Position numbers and translations under genes: made by a program
The notes under the pieces: model-generated
Database searches by the model: none
Told to the model about the DNA's origin: nothing
What the model saw: the letters and a program-made list of their open reading frames with translations, nothing else
Shown: positions 25,966-34,338 of the stretch, piece after piece
Position numbering within the stretch: position 1 is the stretch's first letter
How the letters are laid out: the number at the start of each line of letters is the position of its first letter
Assembly: GCA_946534715.1 (NCBI GenBank)
Contig: CAMNCW010000026.1
Coordinates: forward strand, 5,611 to 69,610
Source: an uncultured Bacteroidales bacterium
Lineage (GTDB): Bacteria > Bacteroidota > Bacteroidia > Bacteroidales > Paludibacteraceae
Direction of reading: 5' to 3'
Length of the DNA: 64,000 nt

Positions 25966-28900
25966 ATGAAAAACAAATTCTTTGTACATCGTACATTGTT
26001 CCATCGTACATTTATTGTACTTTGTACTTTGTCCCTTTGTTCCTTCCTGTCGGCGCAGACGACGGTCACAGGAAAGGTCATCGACGGTGCGAATAACGAA
26101 TCCGCGATAGGGGCAACTGTGATCGTAGCCGGCACGCAGGTCGGCACGGTGACTGATTTCGACGGGCATTTCTCCATTGAAGTGCCGGACGGTAAGTTTA
26201 TCCTGCAATTCTCCATGGTGGGGTACAAGACGCAGGTGGTGAATATCCGCGGCAAGAGCCATGTGGAGGTCACTATGCAGGAAGATACGCAGGTGATGGA
26301 GGAAGTGGTGGTCGTTGGCTACGGAGTGATGAAAAAACGCGACCTGTCGGGCTCTGTCAGCCAGATCAAGAGCGAAGATATCATGTCGGGCGGCACGCTG
26401 AATACGGCGCAGAGCCTGGAGGGCAAGATCGCGGGTGTTGATGTCAAATCGTCCGACGGAGCCCCGGGTAGCGGCGTGAGCATCACCGTCCGCGGTGCTA
26501 ACTCGTTCACCACCAGTTCGCAACCGCTCTATATAGTCGATGGTGTACCGTTCGGCACAGACCCCAACGGCGTTCCTTCCTCCGGTGCAAACGACGGACA
26601 GAACACGTCGCAGAACCCCTTGTCGATGATCAACCCCAATGATATCGAGAAGATAGAGGTGCTCAAGGATGCTTCGGCAACGGCTATCTACGGTTCGCGC
26701 GGTGCGAATGGCGTGGTGATCATCACGACACGCAAAGGGCAGGAAGGCAGACCCCGTGTGGAGCTGAATGTCAAAGGCGGCATGCAGCAGATCGCCAACC
26801 GCGTGCAGATGCTGGATGCGTACCACTATGCGCTCTATCAGAACGAAGCGGCGGCGAACAGCCGTACATACGAAGGTGGCACGCAGCGTGACCCTTATCG
26901 GGGCGAATGGGATTATCCTTACGTCGGCTCGGGGTATGTGTATAACCAAGGTAAGTATAACCCTTCTCCCGAAGATTTCCTGAACCCCGGTCTGCGCACG
27001 GACAAGTACGGCAACGTGGACGAAGTGGCAGGCACCGATTGGCAACGCGAGATATACCAATTGGGTTATTCGCAGGAGTATAACGCGTCAGTCTCCGGCG
27101 GCACGGAGAAGGGCTATTACGCTTTCTCCGGCTCCTATGCCGACCAGCGGGGTATCATCAAGAACACGGGATACAAGCGTTATGGTCTTTCCATTAACAC
27201 GGCTTGGCATATCACCAAATGGCTCGAGATCGGTACGAGCCAGCATTTCACAAACGCTACGACAGATTTTCAGCGGACGAATTCCGAGAACACGGGTATC
27301 ATCCGTTCGGCGCTCATTTTCCCGCCTACCTACGGTCCGCACCAGCAGACGGAGCAGTTGGACGAACTGAACTGGCTGGCTGCTAATCCGCTCAATTATG
27401 TCAACGGCGCGAAAGACGAACTGAAACAAATCTCGTGGTTCTCGTCCTCGTTTGTGGAGTTTACGATTCAGCCCTGGCTCAAGTTACGCCAGAATCTCGG
27501 TTTAGGCTATAACGACGGTCATCGTGCAACGTATTACGACCGTCATACGCAGGAAGGCAAATCGCCTTTTAACGGCAAAGCGGGTAGGGCATCGAATATA
27601 TGGAAGAGCCTCACCGCCGAGACGCTGCTGACCTTTGACCATAAGTTCAATGCGAATCATAGCATCAATGCCGTGCTCGGTGTGACCTTTGAACGTGGTA
27701 TAGGCGAGTCCGAATCAATGACCGCTACTAATTTTCCGAACGACCTGACGAAGGATGCGAACATGGCGTTAGCACTCGACAAGGGAGTGTTACGCAGTTC
27801 GCAGACTCAACAGTCATTAGAGTCTTATTTAGCGCGTATGAACTACACGCTCATGGGACGCTATATCTTCACCGCCAGCGCGCGTGTCGATGGCTCGTCC
27901 TCGTTTGCCCCCAAACATAAATGGGCGCCGTTCTTCTCCGGTGCGTTTGCATGGCGCATGATCGACGAGAATTGGATGCAGGACCAGCAGGTGCTCTCCA
28001 ACTGGAAATGGCGTGTCTCATTCGGCGAGACGGGAAACCAAGCGATCGGCGCCTACCGTACGCTCACGGTGCTCGATGCGGCGAACTACCCCTATGCCGG
28101 CACGTTAGAATCCGGCGCGGCGATGATCGATTGGAGAGGACCGACGAATCCCGACCTTCGATGGGAGACTACCGATCAGGCGGATGCGGGGCTGGACATC
28201 GGTTTTGCCAATAACCGCGTCAACATCACGTTGGATTATTATTGGAAGAAAACACGTGACTTGCTCCAGAACGTGACGATCCCTTCCTCAACGGGTTTCA
28301 GCCAGATGATGATCAACTCCGGTTTTGTCATTAACCAGGGTTTCGAACTGACCCTCAATGCCGTAGCAATCGACATGGCGGATTGGAAATGGCAGCTGGA
28401 TGCCAATTTCTCTTTAAACCGCAACCGCATCGGCGGACTCAAAGGCGATCAGTACGCCACCGCCCTATGGTCGAAAGCGGATCAGGTCTTCCTGCAACGC
28501 AACGGATGTCCTATCGGTACGCTCTACGGCTATCGGGAAGAGGGCATTGATCCCGCTACCGGCGAGATCGTCTATTCCGACCTCAACGGCGACGGTTCTG
28601 TCACCGAAGCCGACCGCACGATCATCGGCAATACGAACCCCGATTTCACGTATTCGCTCACCTCGCGCCTGTCATGGAAAGGGCTTTCGCTCAACTTTAT
28701 GCTCCAAGGCTCGCACGGCAACGATATATTCAATTATAACCTCACGGATATCACGATGTCCAATATCGGTAATATTACACAACAAGCATACGACCACCGT
28801 TGGACGGCGGCTAACCCCGACGGCGCACTATGGCCGAAACCCACAGCGGGATATAACAGGACATGGCTCGTTTCGAACCGATATGTGGAAGATGGTTCGT

Positions 28901-29130
28901 TCCTCAAAATCAAATATATCACCCTCAGTTACGATTGGAATAACCCTGCCAAATGGCTGCAGAAGATCAATTTCAATTTCACCGTCAATAACGTCTATAC
29001 TTTCACGCGTTATTCATGGTTTGACCCCGATGTGAATGCCGCCGGCACGAATCCTTCCTGCCCGGGCGTGGATAGTTATTCCTATCCCGCTGCACGGACG
29101 TATAACTTAGGTATCAACTTTGTATTCTAA
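25966..29130 (+). CDS. susC: SusC/RagA-family TonB-dependent outer-membrane transporter
   Basis: 1054 aa. CarboxypepD_reg-like TVTGKVIDGANNESAIGATVIV, plug domain and C-terminal ...YNLGINFVF. Confidence 0.95.
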   Translation: MKNKFFVHRTLFHRTFIVLCTLSLCSFLSAQTTVTGKVIDGANNESAIGATVIVAGTQVGTVTDFDGHFSIEVPDGKFILQFSMVGYKTQVVNIRGKSHVEVTMQEDTQVMEEVVVVGYGVMKKRDLSGSVSQIKSEDIMSGGTLNTAQSLEGKIAGVDVKSSDGAPGSGVSITVRGANSFTTSSQPLYIVDGVPFGTDPNGVPSSGANDGQNTSQNPLSMINPNDIEKIEVLKDASATAIYGSRGANGVVIITTRKGQEGRPRVELNVKGGMQQIANRVQMLDAYHYALYQNEAAANSRTYEGGTQRDPYRGEWDYPYVGSGYVYNQGKYNPSPEDFLNPGLRTDKYGNVDEVAGTDWQREIYQLGYSQEYNASVSGGTEKGYYAFSGSYADQRGIIKNTGYKRYGLSINTAWHITKWLEIGTSQHFTNATTDFQRTNSENTGIIRSALIFPPTYGPHQQTEQLDELNWLAANPLNYVNGAKDELKQISWFSSSFVEFTIQPWLKLRQNLGLGYNDGHRATYYDRHTQEGKSPFNGKAGRASNIWKSLTAETLLTFDHKFNANHSINAVLGVTFERGIGESESMTATNFPNDLTKDANMALALDKGVLRSSQTQQSLESYLARMNYTLMGRYIFTASARVDGSSSFAPKHKWAPFFSGAFAWRMIDENWMQDQQVLSNWKWRVSFGETGNQAIGAYRTLTVLDAANYPYAGTLESGAAMIDWRGPTNPDLRWETTDQADAGLDIGFANNRVNITLDYYWKKTRDLLQNVTIPSSTGFSQMMINSGFVINQGFELTLNAVAIDMADWKWQLDANFSLNRNRIGGLKGDQYATALWSKADQVFLQRNGCPIGTLYGYREEGIDPATGEIVYSDLNGDGSVTEADRTIIGNTNPDFTYSLTSRLSWKGLSLNFMLQGSHGNDIFNYNLTDITMSNIGNITQQAYDHRWTAANPDGALWPKPTAGYNRTWLVSNRYVEDGSFLKIKYITLSYDWNNPAKWLQKINFNFTVNNVYTFTRYSWFDPDVNAAGTNPSCPGVDSYSYPAARTYNLGINFVF
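25981..26047. repeat. Imperfect heptamer array (TTGTAC/TTGTCC type, ~9 units) encoding the SusC signal peptide
   Basis: tttgtac atcgtac attgttc ... ttgtact ttgtact ttgtccc tttgttc gives FVHRTLFHRTFIVLCTLSLCSF. Shares LCTLSLC with ORF 9918. Confidence 0.75.
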
Positions 29131-29131
29131 T

Positions 29132-29247
29132 AACCCCACCTGACCTCCCCACAAGGGAGGGAATAAAAACACTACAGTTATGAAAGTAAAAAAATATATC
29201 ACCCGACTATTAATCATCCTCCCCTTGTGGGGAGGCTTGGTGGGGTT
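29132..29247. mobile_element. 116-bp inverted-repeat cassette (second copy) straddling the susD start codon
   Basis: Left arm aaccccacctgacctccccacaagggaggg (29132-29161), right arm cctccccttgtggggaggcttggtggggtt (29218-29247). ATG 29180 lies between them. The right arm is translated as LPLWGGLVGL. Confidence 0.7.
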
Positions 29248-30979
29248 ATTTCCCTCCTGTTCCTGGATCCAGGAGAACCCGGACAGTCTTATCACGCCCG
29301 AGAAACTCGGAGACAGCAAGGAGGCTTGTGACCAACTTGTCACCGGCGTCTATTCCAAGTGGATATACGACATGTTCTGCTGGGGCTATTTCCCGCGGAT
29401 GTTAGAGTTTGACGCGGACTATATCTCCGGTCCCGATTGGTTATTCGGTACGTTTGGCGCCGGCAATTTCCAAGGCGAGCCGGACTTGGTGGATGCGTTA
29501 TGGAAAGGATGTTACGGGCTCATCGGACGCGCCAACACTGCCGAGCAGTATATCTCCGCGATGAAGAATATCACCGACAGGGAGAAGAACAATGCCCTTG
29601 GCGAACTGCGTTTCCAGAAGGCTTTTGCGTACTTCCTCCTTGTCCGCGCCTACGGAGAGGTACCTATCCAAGTACCAATCACCAATAACCAATCCCCTGT
29701 CTCCCCCTCTGAGAGGGGGGCGGGGGGGGGCTCTCCCCGCAAACCCGTCACGGAGGTCTATTCCCATATCATCTCCCTGCTCGAAGGCTGCACCACGATG
29801 CTCTATAAAAACACGGATGATGCCTATCGTCCCGGGCATGTGTCTGCGGGCTCTGCGGCTGGTTTGTTAGCCAAAGTCTATGCTACCGAAGCGTCTTACG
29901 CTATGCCTGCCGGCACCTCCCTCACGATCCGTTCCGGAGCGGCTTATACCACCGATGGATCCGGCAACAAACGCTATGCACCTTTGCAGGCATTCCATTT
30001 GACCAAACAGACCGTCCCCGGCTACGAGTCCCTCGATCCGATGCAGCTCTACCAGCAGGCTGCCGATTGGTGCTCGGAACTGTTAGCCGGTACGTACGGT
30101 GACTATCAGCTCTCGGAATACGACCAACTTTGGCTCAAAGCCAACGCCAATGCCTCGGAGTTCCTGTTCTCCGTCAATACCGTCTCCGGCGATGCTACCT
30201 ATAAGACCTCGGTGCATACCCAGTATGAGGGCTACATGACCGCTACGGGTTCGGACTTCATTCAGTCCGGTGGCTGGACCGGCTGCACGCGTCATTGGTA
30301 TGACCTCTTCGACCATGACGACTACCGCATCACCAAAGGTGTACGTCACCGCTGGCGCAACTACACGCAGCGTGAGTCTAACTCCGGCTTCTATTATCCC
30401 TATGACGATGAATATACGATCATGGCGACCGGCAGAAACCTCGCCGGTGATTGGATCAAAGACCCTTCCGGCATCTATGCCGACGGCGTCAATTATTACT
30501 ATTCCGCCGATGCGCAATGTCTCGCTTTTACTACCAAATACGAGGACGTGACCGATAATGCCATTGATAATGCTGATGCCAACTGGCCTTTCCTCCGTTT
30601 GGCGGATGTAATACTGATCTACGCCGAGGCGCTCAATGAACTGGATCATCCCTCCGATGCGCTTGCGCAACTGAATAAGGTACGTCTGCGCGCCAATGCA
30701 GACCGTGCTTCCATGGGCGGCAAGAGAGCGTTGGCTACCAAAGAGGCACGGCGGTCTGCCATCATCGAAGAACGCGCCAAAGAGTTAGCATGCGAAGCAG
30801 ACCGCCGATGGGATCTGATCCGCTGGGGCGTTTATCTCGACGCGATGAATGCCTTGGGAGGAACGGACGACTCCGGCGTCAATAAATCCCGCACCGAACG
30901 CAATCTCCTTTTCCCGCTGCCCGCACAGGAGATCAACACCAACCCCGAGATCAACTCCAATAACCCCGGGTGGAATTAA
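29180..30979 (+). CDS. susD: SusD/RagB-family nutrient-binding outer-membrane lipoprotein
   Basis: Lipobox ..LFPSCSWIQENPDS, and TPR-like SusD core (FLLVRAYGEVP, LRLADVILIYAEALNE). Confidence 0.9.
   Translation: MKVKKYITRLLIILPLWGGLVGLFPSCSWIQENPDSLITPEKLGDSKEACDQLVTGVYSKWIYDMFCWGYFPRMLEFDADYISGPDWLFGTFGAGNFQGEPDLVDALWKGCYGLIGRANTAEQYISAMKNITDREKNNALGELRFQKAFAYFLLVRAYGEVPIQVPITNNQSPVSPSERGAGGGSPRKPVTEVYSHIISLLEGCTTMLYKNTDDAYRPGHVSAGSAAGLLAKVYATEASYAMPAGTSLTIRSGAAYTTDGSGNKRYAPLQAFHLTKQTVPGYESLDPMQLYQQAADWCSELLAGTYGDYQLSEYDQLWLKANANASEFLFSVNTVSGDATYKTSVHTQYEGYMTATGSDFIQSGGWTGCTRHWYDLFDHDDYRITKGVRHRWRNYTQRESNSGFYYPYDDEYTIMATGRNLAGDWIKDPSGIYADGVNYYYSADAQCLAFTTKYEDVTDNAIDNADANWPFLRLADVILIYAEALNELDHPSDALAQLNKVRLRANADRASMGGKRALATKEARRSAIIEERAKELACEADRRWDLIRWGVYLDAMNALGGTDDSGVNKSRTERNLLFPLPAQEINTNPEINSNNPGWN
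29675..29738 (+). repeat. CCAATNN heptamers x3 fused to a G/C hairpin element containing a G6-C-G9 tract, in frame in susD
   Basis: ccaatca ccaataa ccaatcc then cctgtctccccctctgagaggggggcgggggggggctctcccc. Translated ITNNQSPVSPSERGAGGGSPR. Confidence 0.85.
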
Positions 30980-31018
30980 ACATGCAAAAACGACAATAAC
31001 ATATAAAACATAACCAAC

Positions 31019-32371
31019 ATGAAAAAACTTATCTCCATCTTTTATCTCGTCGGCATAACTGTCAGTACGATGACTGCCGCTGAGAAAGTGGTCTGGACAG
31101 GTAACGAACCTATCTCTTGGAACACGGAGGTCTATGCCGGTACGCAGTTTGAAACACCTTCCGGCATCTTTGCAGGGCTGCAAAAAGACCATATTATCCG
31201 TGTTACCGTAGTGCCCGGCATGGATAAACCGCAGTATGTCATGACCTACAAAGCCGGTGATTCCTGGTCGTGGACGGATCTCGCTATCACGATCAAAGAC
31301 AGTATCCTGTCTTATACAGTAGAGGCTGATGCTATCGCCACGGAGATAGCCGACCGCGGTCTCATCTTCCGCGGACAGGGCTATAACATCACCCAAATAA
31401 CGGTTGATGATCTGCTGCCTGACTCGGTGCCGTCTGTTGATCCGCAGCCCGGAGACACCACCATCGTCCCCGTAGATCCTTCACTCCCCGGCACGTATGA
31501 GAAGATCCTGTGGCAGGGCGACTCGGCTATCTCGTGGAACGCGGAGGCGTATGCCGGAGGTGAGTTCGAGACCGCAGCAGACCTCTTCGCCGGCCTTCAA
31601 CTCAACGATACGATCCGCGTCTATACCGCCGAAGCAATTGAGGGCGCGCAATATAACCTCACCTATAAAGCCGGTGCTTCATGGGAGTGGGCGGCGCTGA
31701 ATACCACAGTAGAGAACGGCGTGATCCGTTATGTGGTGGAGTCGTCCGCTATTGCGCAAGAGATTGCCGAACGAGGCATCATCGTCCGCGGACAGGGCTA
31801 TCACATGACCTGTATCACCGTGACCGCGCATCCGCAGGACACGATCACGCCTGTTGACCCGCAACCTACCGACAGCATCGATCTCACCGGACTCGTGGAG
31901 ACCGTCCTTTGGACAGGCAATGCCGCCATCTCCTGGAATAGCGAAGAATATGCCGGAGACAAACTCGACACCCGTTCGATCAGCGAGACCCTATTTGCCG
32001 GGCTCCAAGAGAACGACATCATCTGCGTCACTTATGCCGAAGCGGCAGCAGACGCGCAGTTCGGTCTTCAGTACAAAGCCGGAGATAACTGGTCGTGGAC
32101 CAATCTCAACTATCAACTCTCAACTATCAACTCTCAACTTCTCTACCGTGTCGCTTCCGACGAGATGGCAATGCTCATCGCCGACCGCGGATTAGTGATC
32201 ACCGGTATCAAATACCACGCTACCAAAATCAGCCTCTTCACTCCCGAAACAGAAGGGGTAGAGCATCTACAAAAGGACAATGCACCGGCTACCAAGTTCA
32301 TTGAAGACGGTCAACTCTATATCAAGTACAAAGGAACAAAATACAATGTACAAGGAGCAAAGCTCCGTTAA
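31019..32371 (+). CDS. Secreted surface protein with three ~110-aa tandem modules and a conserved C-terminal tail
   Basis: Modules at about aa 21-128, 160-268 and 295-410 (W.G....ISWN.E.YAG..FET....FAGLQ..D.I.V...RGQGY..T.ITV). Tail FIEDGQLYIKYKGTKYNVQGAKLR. Confidence 0.7.
   Translation: MKKLISIFYLVGITVSTMTAAEKVVWTGNEPISWNTEVYAGTQFETPSGIFAGLQKDHIIRVTVVPGMDKPQYVMTYKAGDSWSWTDLAITIKDSILSYTVEADAIATEIADRGLIFRGQGYNITQITVDDLLPDSVPSVDPQPGDTTIVPVDPSLPGTYEKILWQGDSAISWNAEAYAGGEFETAADLFAGLQLNDTIRVYTAEAIEGAQYNLTYKAGASWEWAALNTTVENGVIRYVVESSAIAQEIAERGIIVRGQGYHMTCITVTAHPQDTITPVDPQPTDSIDLTGLVETVLWTGNAAISWNSEEYAGDKLDTRSISETLFAGLQENDIICVTYAEAAADAQFGLQYKAGDNWSWTNLNYQLSTINSQLLYRVASDEMAMLIADRGLVITGIKYHATKISLFTPETEGVEHLQKDNAPATKFIEDGQLYIKYKGTKYNVQGAKLR
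32104..32138 (+). repeat. Heptamer array TMTCAAC x5 (perfect 14-nt period) inside module 3
   Basis: tctcaac tatcaac tctcaac tatcaac tctcaac, translated NYQLSTINSQL. It replaces the segment seen in modules 1 and 2. Confidence 0.9.
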
Positions 32372-32397
32372 ACTGTTAAATTGTTAAATTTATAATA
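32321..32397 (+). repeat. NNCAARG heptamers x6 (C-terminal tail) followed by TGTTAAAT octamers
   Basis: atcaagt acaaagg aacaaaa tacaatg tacaagg agcaaag (IKYKGTKYNVQGAK), then gttaaac tgttaaat tgttaaat. The same layout repeats at 34104-34180. Confidence 0.85.
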
Positions 32398-32399
32398 TT

Positions 32400-34154
32400 A
32401 TGAAAAAAATCTTTCTATTTTTAAGTGTAGTGCTGGTATCCCTGGCAATGCAGGCAACTGTGCAAAAAGCAGATTGGAACTTTAGCGGAATGACCGAGTG
32501 GGACTCAGGAACAGCGTCTTTTAATACAGAAACAGGAGTCGTTACGGCAAATCAATTTCGTGGCGTAGGTAACTGGGGATGGTTGGAAAAAGGAGACTAC
32601 GACACACTCGTGGTTGAAGTAGCAGATCATGATTATCCTGTATTAGTGAAGGTAAAAACCATCAATGATGGTGAAGCCGATCAAACAGAGAATTATGTAG
32701 ATTTTCAGAAGGAAATATCTGCCAAGCAAAATTGCCTTGTTCTTGATTTGACTTCATCAAAAGATATTATAAAGTATATTGAGTTGGATAACTGGTCAAA
32801 GCATGATGGTGCAACTTTTACGATTAAGAGTATCTATGCGTTAAAGACTTCCGGAATTAAAATCACACGTCCTCTTTGGAACGGGGAAAATGCCTTTGGT
32901 AATTGGGAACATAGCATTTCTGTTGATCCGTTTGCTCGCGTCTATGAATATGATGAGATGGTGATAAAATATACGAAAGGAAGTGATCCGCAGTGCCAGA
33001 TTAAAATCAGAGGAACCAACGCGTTTTTGGATTTTGTAGGCGACTATGTGGATGTAAGCGGAGAGACGCAAGCTTCCTTCCTTTTAAGTGCGGCGGATGT
33101 TGCTGCAATTAAAAGTAACGGTTTCTACTTAAATGGTAAAAACATGACCATCACAGATGTTCTAATAGTAAGCCACAGAACTTTGGCAAGTGAGGAAAAG
33201 GTAGTTGGAGGATGGAATAATCACTGTGAGATTGATGCAGCAGGCATGTTGGCTGATTTGCAGATAGGCAATAATATCTGCGTGTGCGTTACGAACATTG
33301 CTTCGGGGGAATATCAGCGTGTCAGCCTTTACAGCGGTTGGAGTAATTCGGATCTTTTGGTTGGTTGTGAGCATTTCTTTGGAGCAGAGACGGCATCAGG
33401 AGATAGTCCACTTATCGTACGTTTCCCCGTTACTGGCAGTATGAAACAACAGTTAGGATCTCACAATTTGCTTGTTCGTGGCTGTTATTTCACTATGACA
33501 GATGTGTACGTCGAAGAAGGTACTCCTGTAGCCGAAACAGGTGTAAATGGATATCTTACAGTCTCTACTGCCGGCATGGCTACATTTATGCTACCTTTTA
33601 ATGTGCCCTCTTTGCCGTCCGGTGTTCAGGCTTACGAACTGACCAATGACGGTTCTGAGGAGATTGTGGCTACTGAAGTTAAGACGCTCGAAGCAGACAA
33701 ACCCGTGCTTATCGTCGCTGCCAAAGGCGAATATAAGTTCATTAGCGAAGAAGGTGCATCGGCTGATATCTCTGGGAAAACAGGTACATATACCAACGGC
33801 GCGCTCGTTGGAACTTACCATACGATCAACCCATTAGCGCAGACCACTGATGACAAATACAACTATCTGCTCCAAAACGGAAAGGACGGCGTGGCTTTCT
33901 ATCAAGTGTTGGACGATGAATGCTCTTTGGGCGCTTACCGCGCATACCTCAGTTGTGGCTATAATGCCAGCACGTCAAAACCAGGCATGCCTCCGCGGAA
34001 GTCCATGCGTATTGTTTTCCGCACCGATGAAACAACAGGCCTTGTGGACGTACAAGGGTACAATGTACAAGGTACCAAGTTCATCAAGGACGGACAACTC
34101 TATATCAAGTACAAAGGGACAAAGTACAATGTACAAGGGCAGAAAGTGCGTTAA
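32400..34154 (+). CDS. Secreted multi-module surface protein with the same C-terminal tail
   Basis: 584 aa. Type I signal peptide. Modules end in ..TIKSIYAL / ..MTITDVLIV / ..FTMTDVYV. Tail FIKDGQLYIKYKGTKYNVQGQKVR. Confidence 0.7.
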   Translation: MKKIFLFLSVVLVSLAMQATVQKADWNFSGMTEWDSGTASFNTETGVVTANQFRGVGNWGWLEKGDYDTLVVEVADHDYPVLVKVKTINDGEADQTENYVDFQKEISAKQNCLVLDLTSSKDIIKYIELDNWSKHDGATFTIKSIYALKTSGIKITRPLWNGENAFGNWEHSISVDPFARVYEYDEMVIKYTKGSDPQCQIKIRGTNAFLDFVGDYVDVSGETQASFLLSAADVAAIKSNGFYLNGKNMTITDVLIVSHRTLASEEKVVGGWNNHCEIDAAGMLADLQIGNNICVCVTNIASGEYQRVSLYSGWSNSDLLVGCEHFFGAETASGDSPLIVRFPVTGSMKQQLGSHNLLVRGCYFTMTDVYVEEGTPVAETGVNGYLTVSTAGMATFMLPFNVPSLPSGVQAYELTNDGSEEIVATEVKTLEADKPVLIVAAKGEYKFISEEGASADISGKTGTYTNGALVGTYHTINPLAQTTDDKYNYLLQNGKDGVAFYQVLDDECSLGAYRAYLSCGYNASTSKPGMPPRKSMRIVFRTDETTGLVDVQGYNVQGTKFIKDGQLYIKYKGTKYNVQGQKVR

Positions 34155-34180
34155 AGTGTTAAATTGTTAAATCGTTAATA
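34050..34180 (+). repeat. GTACAAN heptamer arrays (two blocks) plus TGTTAAAT octamers
   Basis: gtacaag ggtacaa tgtacaa ggtacca (34050-34077). atcaagt acaaagg gacaaag tacaatg tacaagg (34104-34145). gttaaag tgttaaat tgttaaat cgttaata (34150-34180). Confidence 0.85.
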
Positions 34181-34182
34181 TT

Positions 34183-34308
34183 ATGAAAAAGAACTATATT
34201 GAGCCTAAGACGGAAATAATCTCCGTAGAAATGACGAACACATTGTGTGCATCGGGAAAGCCCGTTACTTTCGGTAGCGGAAAAGCCAACGGAGGAGGAG
34301 GACTATAA
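34183..34308 (+). CDS. Candidate 41-aa small ORF (MKKNYIEPKTEIISVEMTNTLCASGKPVTFGSGKANGGGGL)
   Basis: ATG sits in the same context (octamer array then tattATGaaaaa) as the start of ORF 32400. Gly-rich end. Not in the ORF track. No homology can be claimed. Confidence 0.25.
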   Translation: MKKNYIEPKTEIISVEMTNTLCASGKPVTFGSGKANGGGGL

Positions 34309-34338
34309 TTTACAATTTACAATTCACAATTTACAATG
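34307..34338. repeat. Heptamer array AATTYAC x4 ending in the GH36 ATG
   Basis: aatttac aatttac aattcac aatttac aATG. Confidence 0.9.

Noticed and set aside
25936-27060. 374-aa minus-strand ORF antisense to susC
   Set aside because: It lies entirely within a confidently identified SusC CDS. It has no motifs and is an Arg/His-rich antisense artefact typical of GC-rich third positions.
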